The position numbers were made by a program, and so were the translations under genes. From Octopus vulgaris (lineage: Eukaryota): a DNA stretch of 64,000 nt. Positions 52,598 to 64,000 of the stretch are shown in pieces (the stretch's first letter is position 1; every line of letters begins with the position of its first letter). The notes beneath the pieces are model-generated. The model saw nothing but the letters and a program-made list of their open reading frames with translations. It had not been told where the DNA came from and searched no databases. The stretch is from contig OX597817.1 of the NCBI GenBank assembly GCA_951406725.2, forward strand, positions 26,164,001 to 26,228,000, given 5' to 3'.

Positions 52598-52744
52598 ATA
52601 TATATATATATATATATATAGTCAAATCAAACATTAAAAGTTGAACATTAACAATTGAACAAAGTAACAAACAACAAAACAAGTGAACATACACGTGGAA
52701 TATATTAGCTTGATATTCAGTAAAGGTGGGAAAAAGTGTGAGTT

Positions 52745-52777
52745 TTTAACATTTCGAGCATAGCTCATTGTCAGAAA
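52745..52777 (-). ncRNA. Minimal hammerhead-like motif (family P5)
   Basis: ttt-CTGACAA-t-gagc-tat-gctc-GAAA-tg-TT-aaa; the deviations are explicable as CpG transitions. Confidence 0.55.
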
Positions 52778-52860
52778 TAGGCGGAGGAAAAGTCCAGAGA
52801 AAGAAAAAGTCCACAAAAAGCACATTTGTTTACATGATATATAAATATATATATATATCT

Positions 52861-53029
52861 ATATACTTTATTTAAAGCCGCAGAAAATTCAACAAAACCT
52901 GTTACTCTGAGTTCCACGTTGCTGTTCATCGGACAGTTTTTTTCTAGCAAAAACTGTCCGATGAATGGCAACTCGAAACTCAGAGTAACAGGTTTTGTTG
53001 AATTTTCTGCGGCTTTAAATAAAGCATAT
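52861..53029. repeat. 169-bp near-perfect palindrome, each arm carrying an HHR-like core (family P3)
   Basis: Arms 52861-52941 and 52949-53029; cores at 52899-52936 (-) and 52954-52991 (+). Confidence 0.9.
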
Positions 53030-53093
53030 TACTCTACCACTTGTATTTGAGTACTCTTTTTTCCACCTTGTTTCTCATTTATGTGTTTACTCC

Positions 53094-53139
<46 letters not shown>

Positions 53140-53144
<5 letters not shown>

Positions 53145-53450
53145 TAGAAAATAAAACACCTTCTATCAATTCAAAATGAACAATTAAATTACACCATCTA
53201 GAAAAATATATATAATAGAAATATTAAAATTAAAATAACAATAAAATGTCAATGATTAAGTAAATTACAAAAAAATAATAATAATAACGTTTATAATTAT
53301 ATACATTTTTATTATTATTTTTTTGCAATTTACTTAATCATTGACATTTTATTGTTATTTTATTTCTTATATTTCTATTATATGTAATTTTCTTGATGGT
53401 GTAATTTAATTGTTCAATTTGAATTGATAGAAGGTGTTTTTTTTTCTTTT
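53140..53450. repeat. ~310-bp AT-rich imperfect palindrome
   Basis: aaaacaccttctatcaattcaaa...aatgattaagtaaatt is mirrored by aatttacttaatcatt...ttgaattgatagaaggtgtttt; centre near 53297. Confidence 0.9.
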
Positions 53451-53547
53451 TTTTTATATATATATTATATTGTGTGAAATTTGATTTAGTATTTCTAAAT
53501 TGAATTTTTTTCCTTGTAAGTTTGGATTTTATTCCCTCAAATAATAA

Positions 53548-53583
<36 letters not shown>

Positions 53584-53875
53584 GGAGTAAACACATAAAT
53601 GTGAAACAAGGTGGAAAAAAGAGTACTAAGCTTTAATTATACTTTCTTCATTAATGTCAATAGGTATTTTATTCAATGTAATTTTTTTTCCTCGAATTTT
53701 ATAATTTTTATAAGTTTTTATATATATATACATATATTTTTGATCTTTTTGTTTATTGCTCGAAGATTGACCGTTTTTTCTAAAGGGCCAATCAAACAAG
53801 TCCATTTCTTTTTAAAGGTGTAGCGTTTGTAAGAGTCTAGATTGAATTGATATATCGGTTCCATTCTAGCAAAAA

Positions 53876-53913
53876 CTGTCTGATGAACGGCAACGAGAAA
53901 CTCAGAGTAACAG
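53876..53913 (+). ncRNA. Minimal type I hammerhead ribozyme with canonical core (family P3)
   Basis: ctgt-CTGATGA-acg-GCAA-cga-GAAA-ctcagag-TA-acag: stem I ctgt/acag, GNRA-capped stem II, GUA cleavage triplet. Confidence 0.7.
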
Positions 53914-53945
53914 ATTTTGTTGAATTTTCTGCTGCTTTAAATAAA

Positions 53946-53981
<36 letters not shown>

Positions 53982-53985
<4 letters not shown>

Positions 53986-54215
53986 TCTTTACTACCCACA
54001 AGGGGCTAAACACAGACGGGACAAACAAGGACAGACGAACGGATTAAGTCGATTATATCGACCCCAGTGTGTAACTGGTACTTAATTTATCGACCCCGAA
54101 AGGATGAAAGGCAAAGTCGACCTCGGCGGAATTTGAACTCGGAACGTGACGACAGACGAAATACAGCTACGCATTTCGCCCGGCGTGCTAACGTTTCTGC
54201 CAGCTCGCCGCCTTT
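53982..54215 (-). mobile_element. SINE family C, little diverged
   Basis: CpG-rich full-length copy. Confidence 0.92.
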
Positions 54216-54469
54216 ATATATATATGTATACACTTATATGTGCATGTGTGTCATAATCATTTTTTTTAGCATCCATCTTACATGCCAGTATGAGGTGAAC
54301 AGCTTGGCAGGATCCATCAGGAAAGAGTCCTGCATCATACTCCTAAGTCTGCTTTGATATGGCTTCTATATTTGGATGCCTTTCCTAATGCCAACCACTT
54401 TACAAAGTGTACTAGGTGCTTTTTAAACAGCACCAGTACAAGTAAGGTTACAATAATAATAATAATAAT

Positions 54470-54746
54470 GTAAAATGAAGAAGGTGAAGATAGTGCCAAT
54501 TGTTGTTTGGTCCTTGGGGACTGTATCAGAAGGCATCAAGAATATAAAGGAAATTGGAACAGAGTGCCCCGTAGAACTGTTACAAAAGGTTTGCCTCCTT
54601 GGCATGGCCAGAATAATCAGCAAAGTATTAGATATTTGAAAAGAACAGATAGCATCATTCTGTAGGCTGCAGGTAGCAAGCCCACTATGCATATAAGACT
54701 CCAGGAGTTCCATCAAAACCTGAGTTAAAAAGAACAATAATAATAC
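54470..54746 (+). pseudogene. 5'-truncated R4/Dong-clade LINE 3' end in a (TAA)n tract
   Basis: 54475-54639 reads MKKVKIVPIVVWSLGTVSEGIKNIKEIGTECPVELLQKVCLLGMARIISKVLDI*, like the RLE-type C-terminus VPIV.G.LG...LQK..LLG.ARI..KVL; (AAT)n on both sides. Confidence 0.8.
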
Positions 54747-54809
54747 TAGACTCTCCTGTAGGTTTCGACGCATAAGGATCTGACAACCTAATAATAATAG
54801 TAATTACAA

Positions 54810-54947
54810 CATCGAAAATCACCTCAGGAATGAGAACCCAGGTTCAAAATTTCTCCAAGATACCTGATGAAGGCTGGAGGGTATATCAGCTGAAACATTG
54901 TGTTAACAACAAACAAGGTGAGAACAAATATCCATCAAATGTAAACA
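54810..54947 (+). mobile_element. Repeat P4, second copy, HHR at 54859-54904
   Basis: gatac-CTGATGA-a-ggctg...cagct-GAAA-ca-TT-gtgtt. Confidence 0.7.
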
Positions 54948-55175
54948 TATTTCTTTATTGCCCACAAGGGGCTAATCAAAGAGGGGACAAACAAGGACAG
55001 ACAGAGGGATTAAGTCGATTACATCGACCCCAGTGCGAAACTGGTACTTTATTTATCGACCCTGAAAGGATGAAAGGCAAAGTTGACCTTGGCAGAATTT
55101 GAACCCAGAACGTAACGGCAGACGAAATATTGCTACTCATTTCGCCAGGCGTGCTAACGTTTCTGCCAGCTCTCC
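54948..55175 (-). mobile_element. SINE family C
   Basis: Full-length match. Confidence 0.9.
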
Positions 55176-55869
55176 TCATCTCTTAAATATAGAACTGTAT
55201 TATGGGGTTGATTTCTTCAACTAAAGGTAGCACTCCAGCATGGCCACGGTCAGATGATTGAAGCAAATAGAAGAATAAAAGACTATATATTATTTAGTAA
55301 TATTTTACACTTTCACTAGCTAAAAATTTAAAATTTTGTATCAGTTTCAAATTATTGATGATGTAAGGGAAATATATTTATATGCATCAAATACAAATGA
55401 AATATTCTTCCGTGAACATAAAATATATTATCATTCATATAAAATGTACTACAGCTGTAAATCTCCAAACATTAATCAGTTTCTGATTTAATTAAAAAAT
55501 TAAAACAATTAACTTTAAAAATTCATGTTTTCAGCAATGATGTTCAAAATCCCAAAATCCGATGTCCATTAACAATGGTATTATAAAATAGTGTAAAAAA
55601 AAAAAATTTATATTTAAACAAATAAATGCCTATATTTATTTCTTTTATTTTGTTATTTCAACACATGTTTCAACTTTCATGAAGGAAAATTGGGCAACCT
55701 CTATGTGGTTGCTTGGTTTCCTAGAAATAGCAACCAAATATATGTATCCTGTTTTAACACCTTAAAGAACTGGAAGTTCACCTTGGATAGTGTCAGCCTA
55801 GATATACAAAAAAAGATGGAAAAAGATCTTTAATGGTAGGTCTGCAGGACCTTTGTGGTTTTCATCATT

Positions 55870-56070
55870 GTTTTGCTAAACTGCTAAGTTACAGGGACAT
55901 AAACATACCACCATTGGTTGTCAATACAATGAGGACAAATACAGATACAAAGACACAAACACACAAACACATATACGACAGGCCTCTTTCAGTTTCCATC
56001 TACCCAATCCACTCATAAGGCTTTGGTTGGTCTGAGAATATAGTATAAGACACTTGCCCAAGGTGCCATG
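55870..56070 (-). mobile_element. SINE family B, partial
   Basis: ctgctaagttac...gacacttgcccaaggtgccatgca. Confidence 0.75.
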
Positions 56071-56111
56071 CATATACACACTAAATCTGATGTGTCAGAC
56101 ATGGATTTACA

Positions 56112-56497
56112 ATTTTTTTTCTCTCTTTGGAAGCACTCCGTCGGTTACGACGATGAGGGTTCCGGTTGATCCGAATCAACGGAACAGCCTGCTCGTGAAA
56201 TTAACGTGTAAGTGGCTGAGCACTCCACAGACACGTGCACCCTTAACTCGGGGATATTCAGCATGACACAGAGAGTGACAAGGCCGGCCCCTTGAAATAC
56301 AGGTACAACAAGTAAGAGTGAGAGAAAGTTGTGGTGAAAGAGTACAGCAGGGATCACCACCATCCCCTGCCGGAGCCTCATGGAGCTTTTAGGTGTTTTC
56401 GCTCAATAAACACTCACAACACCCGGTCTGGGAATTGAAACCGCGATCCTATGACCACGAGTCCGCTGCCCTAACCACTGGGCCATTGCACCTCCAC
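56112..56497 (-). mobile_element. SINE family D (tail type 2), full length with TSD
   Basis: tRNA-like head gtggaggtgcaatggcccagtggttagggcagcggactc; ggatttaca TSD at 56103-56111 and 56498-56506. Confidence 0.9.
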
Positions 56498-57592
56498 GGA
56501 TTTACACTAGCCAAACTTCAAAATATGTGGAACTGAGTCTAACTGTAAATACATCTGTGTGTGTGTGAGCGTTTGAGTTTGTGTGCCTCTGTATGTTTGC
56601 ACAGGTATGTGTGTGTGTGTGTGAATGCAATTCTCCAAGTAGCTAAATTCAGAACAACTTGCTTGCGACACTAAACGCTGTCACTTTACATGAGTGTAAT
56701 TTGCTAATGCTACCCTTATAATCGTAAAATATCAGCAGAGGTAACAGCATAGCTAAATGATGCAAATATAAACAGGAATCCTAAGAAAGACGAGGTGATT
56801 TGTATCAGAAAAATGCATTTCGTAAATTTTATATGAGTCCAGTACTCTTCTCCTTTCACCACATACAAACAAATATATATCCAGATTTGCCAATGTGACA
56901 TCTAAACAGAGTTTGATACATCACAATGATTTTCTTTATGTTAATACACAGATGAAAAGCTATCTCATGCAGAAGAGAAATAGTATCCATCACATCAACA
57001 GACTGCAATTATTTGTAAAATTTCATGGATGAGGGAATATGCTTAGAAGCAGCTAAAGCATAGCTGCTGACCAGAAGTTATGCGATGATGCTATGATCAC
57101 AGTGAATACTACTAAAAGCAACGGTTAGCTCCGCTGGGACAAATGTAGCAAAGTTTTTAATCCATAAAATAGTTTTGGCTGAACAAAATTACTAATTACA
57201 GTGGCTGTAGATACTTTGCTATCACATAGTACCATATCATCATCCTTCTGACCATGCAAGCCAGCGTTAGAAATTTCCAGAATGCATTCTACCTTACTGT
57301 AATTTAGAAAATGTGTTTTATCCAAGAAATGCTGACGGCAATTGCAATTTTGCTCAATACATTCTTTCTCCATCGTTATTATTATGACAAACAATAATGC
57401 TCTCTTTTAGCATTAATTTGTATCTACATTACTTTTCCATATTGCCCCCACCCCGCACCTCAAATGTGCACAGTTTCACACTAACACAGGTAAAATCCAT
57501 TGTGAAAAGGTAAAATGTCATACAAAAGTAGCTAGCAATTTCACATGCAACACATTTGCCAAATGCAAAACAACAGATATGGACACACAGAA

Positions 57593-57993
57593 TACTCTCT
57601 TTTTACTCTTCTACTCGTTTCAGTCATTTGCCTGTGGCCATGCTGGAGCACCACGTTTAGTTGAGCGAATCGACCCCAGGACTTATTCTATCGGTCTCTT
57701 TTGCCGAACTGCTAAGTTACAGAGATGTAAACACACCAGCATCAGTTGTCAAGCGATGTTGGGTGGACAAACACAGACACACAAGCATATACACACACAT
57801 ACATATATATATACATATACATATATATACAACGGGCTTCTTTCAGTTTCTGTCTACCAAATCCACTCACAAGGCTTTGGTCAGCCCGAGGCTATAGTAG
57901 AAGACACTTGCCCACAGTGCCACGCAGTGGGAACGAACCCAGAACCATGTGGTTCGTAAGCAAGCTACTTATCACACAGCTGCTCCTATGCCT
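57593..57993 (-). mobile_element. SINE family B
   Basis: Head-to-tail match. Confidence 0.9.
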
Positions 57994-59035
57994 ATTATAT
58001 CTCTTGTGGATCATGCCAACCTTATCTGTCTTTATTAAGTGCTATAACTAAAGACATGCCTAAGTTTGCAGATTCATGATAAAGTAAGTGCTTCTGCCAA
58101 TTTATTTACAGTTTACTCTGCCTGTTCCCTGCTCTCCCAAAAGTTGCTCTCGAGGCATATTACTTATCTAACATTTAAATACAAGTACTAGTTCACATTA
58201 TAACAAACTTTGTGCATACGTTGGTGTGTCTTGAACCCATTTCTACAGGGTCATGTTTCCTCTGATCTTTGTTTGCTTCAGCCACAAGACCTTCGATTTA
58301 GCTCATAACTGGGAACTTTGTCAAGTACTACAACTCTGGACATGGTAACTAGTATCCATCAAGGCTTGTAAATCTGACTAGATTTTGCACAATAACGGAT
58401 AATTACCAATCGTTACCACTAGACAAAACATACTGTAAGATGCTCTGTTTCATATATTTCATAGCTTTGGGAGTTCACAAAATTCAGACTATGATGGAAG
58501 GATGTTTTCTAGCAATTTAATGTTTGTCATATAATTTGCAAGTATACCACTTTCCTCAACATTGGAGAGAATATTCATCAGATTTTTACTATTAATATTT
58601 AGCATATCAGCTCCAAAAAGCTCTTTATTTTTATTAGTCCATGACCACTATTAGCATAATTTCATATCAAGTTCCTTGTTTGAGGGCACCTTCAAAATAG
58701 TCCAAACTTTTATTTGTTGATCCATGAAACAGGTGATGTTGACATGGTTCTTGGGAACATTTTATTTTTCAATGAGTTTTCTAAATTACTGGAATTAATG
58801 TGACTTTGCTATCATTAAACAATTGCAAAATTAAACTGACATTATACAGTTTAACTTAGAGTAAAGAGATCCTTTCCTTGCCTTGTAGCATAAACAGATT
58901 TATTTTAATGTCAAACTTTTCATCACCAGTTAGTTCTCATTGTAAAGTGACAAACTGATTGAAAATGCTTCTTTATGTTGTACAATTTACATTTATCTTT
59001 CATAGCTACATGACCTAATTTGTATATAGAGCATT

Positions 59036-59189
59036 TCATCATCATCATCATCATCATCGTTTAACGTCCGTTCTCCATGCTAGCATGGGTTGGACAGTTC
59101 GACCGGGGATCTGGGAAGCCAGAAGGCTGCACCAGGCTCCAGTCTTATCTGGCAATTTTTCTACAGCTGGATGCCCTTCCTAACGCCAA
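59036..59189 (-). mobile_element. Family A, short form
   Basis: Nearly identical to 534-690. Confidence 0.9.
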
Positions 59190-59499
59190 TTTCCTATATG
59201 TATAATTTTAGGCTCTGCTTCTTGAGAAATATCAGCTTTTTAAGTATGACTTCATATTCATACGATCATTTTAAAATTCATTTTTCTATGCTAGCAGAGG
59301 TTTGGATGGGGAGGCATTATTTGCGACAGGATATTACTGTGAGATGCTCTTCTCATTATCAGCCTTTACCTGTTTTTAAGTAGGGATCTTTTGTTGTTTT
59401 TGAATGCTGTAATTTATTCATTTAGGAAAGAAAGCCTCCTTCATATCTACCAATTAGGAAAACTCCATGAATAGCTATTGAATTTTTTTTTAAATTCGA

Positions 59500-59831
59500 G
59501 CATTGGGCCTTACAGAAGCAATGTGGCTGAGCTCCTTTCAAGTGTTGGGACTCACAGAGGCAATGACCAAGACCTTTGGAATTATATTGTGCTTGAGAAG
59601 AAGACCCATCAAGCTGAGCAAACTCAGAGCCATGACAGGTACTGGTGTCATGCAAATAGCAACCATGCTGGTTGCATGTAAAAGCACCCAATACACTCTT
59701 GGAGTGATTGGCATTAGAAAAGGCATCAGACTGGAGACTGGTGCAGCCTTCCAACTTGCCAACCCTAGTCAAACAATCTGACCCATGCCAGCATGGACAA
59801 TAGACATTAAATGATGATAATGATGATGATG
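59500..59831 (+). mobile_element. Older family A variant
   Basis: gcatgtaaaagcaccc...ggcattagaaaaggcatc...cccatgccagcatgg...(GAT)n. Confidence 0.7.
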
Positions 59832-60088
59832 ACACATAATTCCATTTCATCAGGTGGAGAACTCTCAGTGCAAAACGTAAATTATCACCTTTTAACGTCC
59901 ACTTTCCATGCTGGCATGGGTTAGACTGGAGCTGGTAAATCAGTGAGCTCCATCAAGTTCCAGTCTAATTTGGCACGGTTTCTACAGCTAGATGCCCTTC
60001 CAAATGCCAACCCCTCCAAGAGTGTAATGGGTGTTTTTTACATGCCATCAGCACAAGTGCCATTTACATGACATCAGTAATGGCCATG

Positions 60089-60392
60089 GTGGAGGCACAA
60101 TGGCCCAGTGGTTAGGGCAGCGGACTCATTGTCGGAGGATCGCGGTTTCGATTTCCAGACCAGGCATTGTGTGTTTATTGAACGAAAATACCTAAAGCTC
60201 CACAAGGCTCCAGCAGGAGGTGATAATGACCCCTGCTGTACTCTTTCACCCCAAATTTCTCTCACTCTCTCTTCCTGTTTCTTGAATAATGCTGTGATGG
60301 ACTGGCGTCCTGTCCAGCTGGGGGGGGGGGGAACATGTGCCACAGAAACTGGGAAACTGGGCCCATGAGCCTGGTTAGGCTTGAAAAGGGCC
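60089..60392 (+). mobile_element. SINE family D (tail type 1), nested in a family A variant (59890-60580)
   Basis: gtggaggcacaatggcccagtggttagggcagcggactc head; gatggactggcgtcctgtccag tail as at 10600-10700. Confidence 0.85.
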
Positions 60393-60584
60393 CAATATTT
60401 GAAGATCATTTCAAAGATCATGCTACCAGCAATGGCCATGATTACAATTTCATGAGTCCTATTTACATGACACCAGTAAAGCTATGACTATGATGTCACT
60501 TGGCTTGACAAATCTTTTCAAGCACAGCATATCGTCAAAGGTCATTGCCTCTCACGAGGCCCAACATTTGAAAATCATACTTCT

Positions 60585-60980
60585 TATTTGTTTATTGCCC
60601 ACAAGGGGATAAACATAGAGGGAACAAACAAGGACAAACAAAGGGATTAAGTCGATTACATCGACCCCAGTGCATAACTGGTACTTAATTTATCGACTCC
60701 AAAAGGATGAAAGGCAAAGTTGACCTCAGCAGAATTTGAACTCAGAATGTAACAGCAGACGAAATACCTATTTCTTTACTACCCACAAGGGGCTAAACAC
60801 AGAGGGGACAAACAAAGACAGACAAACGGATTGAGTCGATTATATCAAATCAGTGTGTAACTGGTACTTATTTAATCGATCCCGGAAGGATGAAAGGTAA
60901 AGTCGACCTCGTAATGGCAGACGAAATATCACTAAGCATTTCACCCAGTGTGCTAACGTTTCTGCCAGCTCGCTGCCATT
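60585..60980 (-). mobile_element. Head-to-tail dimer of SINE family C
   Basis: Two consecutive C bodies (60585-60768 and 60769-60980). Confidence 0.85.
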
Positions 60981-61189
60981 ACTTCACCACTTTGTCCCAT
61001 CTCTTCCTGGGTCTATTTCTTCCATGGGTCCCCTCCACAGTTAGAGATTGGTACTTTACGCAGCTGTTCTCATCCATATGCATCACATCCTTTGAAAGTA
61101 GAAATTTAATAATTTCATGATATGGGACCATGCCATGCAATCATTGATATGCGCAACTACATTATGGAGGCAGTGGCAGGTGACCAAAA

Positions 61190-61467
61190 CTTTTGGTGAT
61201 ATACAATGCTTGTGTAGACGTGTCAAGCCAAGTGCGACCATAGCCATGGCCGATGGCAGTGTCAGGTCAGTGGCATGTAAAAAATTACACTCTCAGAGTG
61301 GTTGGCATTAAGAAGGACACCCAGTCACAGACACCTTGCCAAATCAGATTGGAGCCTGGTGTGCAGCCCCCTGGCTCACCAGCTTTCAGTCAAACCATCC
61401 AACCCATGCCAGCATGGAAAGCAGACATTAAATGATGATGATGATGAGGATGATGATGATGATGATG
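61190..61467 (+). mobile_element. Older family A variant
   Basis: ggttggcattaagaagg...caacccatgccagcatggaaagcagacattaaa(GAT)n. Confidence 0.7.
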
Positions 61468-62398
61468 AACTATCAATGAGACAGTGATGGAAGAAGGCTC
61501 CTCTCTTTTCTAGAGATACTTATATCAGATATATTCTCCTAACCTAGTTTTCCCAGTATGGTACTGTCTTATCTGTGCCATTATGCATGAAATTCAAATT
61601 CCTAATTGCTAGTGGAACCTGTAGAATCTATAAAGGCTAATCCCAATGGTGCCAATCTAAAATTCCTAATGGCAGGGGAGACATGGTTTTGACAATAAAC
61701 CAAATTGTCTGCAGAAGCAACAGGTATCAAAGAATACCAGTTATTTAAGATATACCATTTATTGAAAATATTAAAGATATTTAAAATCTATCCAAATAGG
61801 GCAGCTATTACTAAGAATTATGGTATAGGTGTAGAACTTGTAGGTATAGAATTTGTAAACAGATTGTTTAAATTTGTAGATGTTTTTAAGAAGGTGCAAT
61901 TTAATTTTGTTTGATTGATTGCATATTATCTATTTTATGATTAATGACCAAGGAAACTGATATGTTTAATACTGGAATTGTTTAGAGAAAAAATGAAAAA
62001 GAAGTATATTTTAAGACATATGGTAAATAATAAGAAAGAAAGTATGACGTACGTAACAATCTACATACACAGATAATAATTTATTAAATAGAAGGAAAAT
62101 TGTCAGGTTGGAACTGTTTATTTATGAAAGCAGTTCTATTTCTTATATATTTTCCCAGTTGTACCATGCCAGCTTTTACAGCCAATGATATATGTCTTGT
62201 AAAGTCATTAAAGAATAATATTCAGAACCTACTTTATTTACCATGTCACCAAAGAACAACCGCTGGTTTCATGTCTTTACCAAAAGGTTTCTGTGTTTCT
62301 ACAGTTTAAAATAATCATCAAGTTCTTTGTTTAAGGATACTTCAGCTTACATATAATGATTAGTCACAAGTGAGATTGCTGTTGTTTCAGTTATTCAA

Positions 62399-62629
62399 GG
62401 CGGCGAGCTGGCAGAAACATTAGCACGCCGGGCGAAATGCTTAGCAGTATTTCGTCTGTCGCTACGTTCTGAGTTCAAATTCCGCCAAGGTCGACTTTAC
62501 CTTTCATCCTTTTGGGGTCGATTAAATAAGTACCAGTTACGCACTGGGGTCGATATAATCGACTTAATCCGTTTGTCTGTCCTTGTTTGTCCTCTCTATG
62601 TTTAGCCCCTTGTGGGTAGTAAAGAAATA
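62399..62629 (+). mobile_element. SINE family C with 10-bp TSD
   Basis: agttattcaa at 62389-62398 and 62630-62639. Confidence 0.93.
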
Positions 62630-62911
62630 AGTTATTCAACACATACTGCACACAAAGCATATAATTGCTTTTGCTTTCCTCACAACATTTATTGCTGTTA
62701 CTTAACACTAGGTCAGACTTAACAGGGCATGTCTATGGTCAAAGTCACTCTGTTTACAACCATCCAATCGTTTGTCCAGTGAAATAGTGCCTTATCCATG
62801 ACTACATTATTCTTTAAGACATTAGAGAGTCATTTGAAATTAATGTACTGTTAAACAGTTTCTTCATTAATTCATAAATACTATTCTAAATAATGCCACT
62901 GATGACAGCAT

Positions 62912-63070
62912 TCATCATCATCATCATCATCATCGTTTAACGTCCACTTTCCATGTGAGCATGGGTTGGATGATTTGACTGAGGTCTGGCGAACCAGATG
63001 GCTGCAACAGGCTCCAATCTGATCTGGCATGCCCTTCCTAATGATAACCACTCCAAGAGTGAAGTGGGTG
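62912..63070 (-). mobile_element. Family A, short form
   Basis: (CAT)n-cgtttaacgtcc...gcccttcctaatg. Confidence 0.85.
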
Positions 63071-63133
63071 CAAGTTATGAATACTAATGATAATGCTGAA
63101 AAATATTTTTGATACAGTTGTATTGAGTATGTA

Positions 63134-63700
63134 TTGGGTTGTCTGGAAAGTTCGTGTCAATTTTTTAAGGAAAGAAAAAAGGGCAATAAATACTTGCCAT
63201 TACATTTTTAATCAACCAAATATGAACCATTTTGTTGCACAATGCATCTCCATCTTGCCTTTAACTTGAAAATACCCTCTTCCCAGAATTGAGGTGGTTT
63301 CATGGCAAAAAATTCATCAAGGTATTTTTTTACATCATCCAAGGAATTGAAATTTTTACTATTAAAATGATTCTGCAGAGACCTGTATAAGTGGAAATCT
63401 GAAGGAGCAATATCTAGTGAATATGGAAGGTTGGATAACACATCCTAGCCAAGCTGCAGCAATTTTTGTCTGGTTCCCTAAGCATCAAGTGCTGAAAATG
63501 AACTTTCTTATCTTCCATTTTAAAGTGTTACAGAATTAACACAGGTTATAAGAACATAAATCTTCTTCCACGAAAAGATAGCTTAAACTGTGCTCTAAAT
63601 GGAGGTGTAGACAAATCCTATTTTATGGACTCAGTCATGTTCTAAAATATGTGGAAAGGTAAGGTACTATAAATCGGCACGAACTTTCCGGACAACCCAA
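63134..63700 (-). mobile_element. Internally deleted mariner, copy 3
   Basis: TA TSDs at 63132-63133 and 63701-63702; TIRs; PYSLDIAPSDFHLY remnant. Confidence 0.95.
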
Positions 63701-64000
63701 TATATCTTACTGTGTCCTATATCCTAGGCTTATAGTAAATATTCTATGTCTCTGCATGTCATACGAAACAACAAAAGCTGTAAAATAACACCTCGGGAAA
63801 CCTAATCAATTCATGCCAACAAAGAAAGGTAAACATAAAAACAGAGATGGATTAATGTATTAAGTATATACGAATGTATTAAAATGTATATTTGTATGTT
63901 TGAGTATGGCTTTGATTATTATATTTATAATTCAAATGGTCAGCCATGTAAGTCGTACTTCTGCCTGAAGTTTAAGGGAAAACTATTATTGAAAAATAAT

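Noticed and set aside
56425-56497. tRNA gene
   Set aside because: The tRNA-like sequence is the head of a TSD-flanked SINE; no complete acceptor stem or terminator
56716-58900. Unique-looking sequence with 61-89 aa minus-strand ORFs, possibly a decayed transposase
   Set aside because: No motif I can assign with confidence; needs blastx

Overview
Eukaryotic, AT-rich, repeat-saturated non-coding DNA, intronic or intergenic. The SINE families and the very high density of (TA)n, (CA)n and (CAT)n microsatellites point to an octopod cephalopod; this is recall, not a database check. No intact host protein-coding gene can be supported: nearly all ORF-track entries come from microsatellites or SINEs. 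Recognisable content: (1) at least four high-copy SINE-like families (labelled A-D here), several with target-site duplications (TSDs); (2) three copies of a ~570-bp internally deleted mariner plus an older Tc1/mariner relic; (3) hAT and piggyBac MITEs; (4) two short Helitrons; (5) decayed LINE fragments (L1/Tx1, R4/Dong, possibly an RTE 5' end). The most unusual signal is about a dozen minimal type I hammerhead-ribozyme (HHR)-like cores, CUGANGA-stemII-GAAA-palindrome-NUH, in at least six unrelated short repeat families. They sit between microsatellites and often in inverted or foldback arrangements, as expected for Penelope-like element termini. One family shares a non-canonical CUGU(U/G)GA core, and one pair forms a 169-bp palindrome. 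Two minus-strand candidate exons (18.6-19.0 kb and 48.6-48.7 kb) are tentative. Coordinates were read by eye, and the ends of degenerate repeats are approximate.
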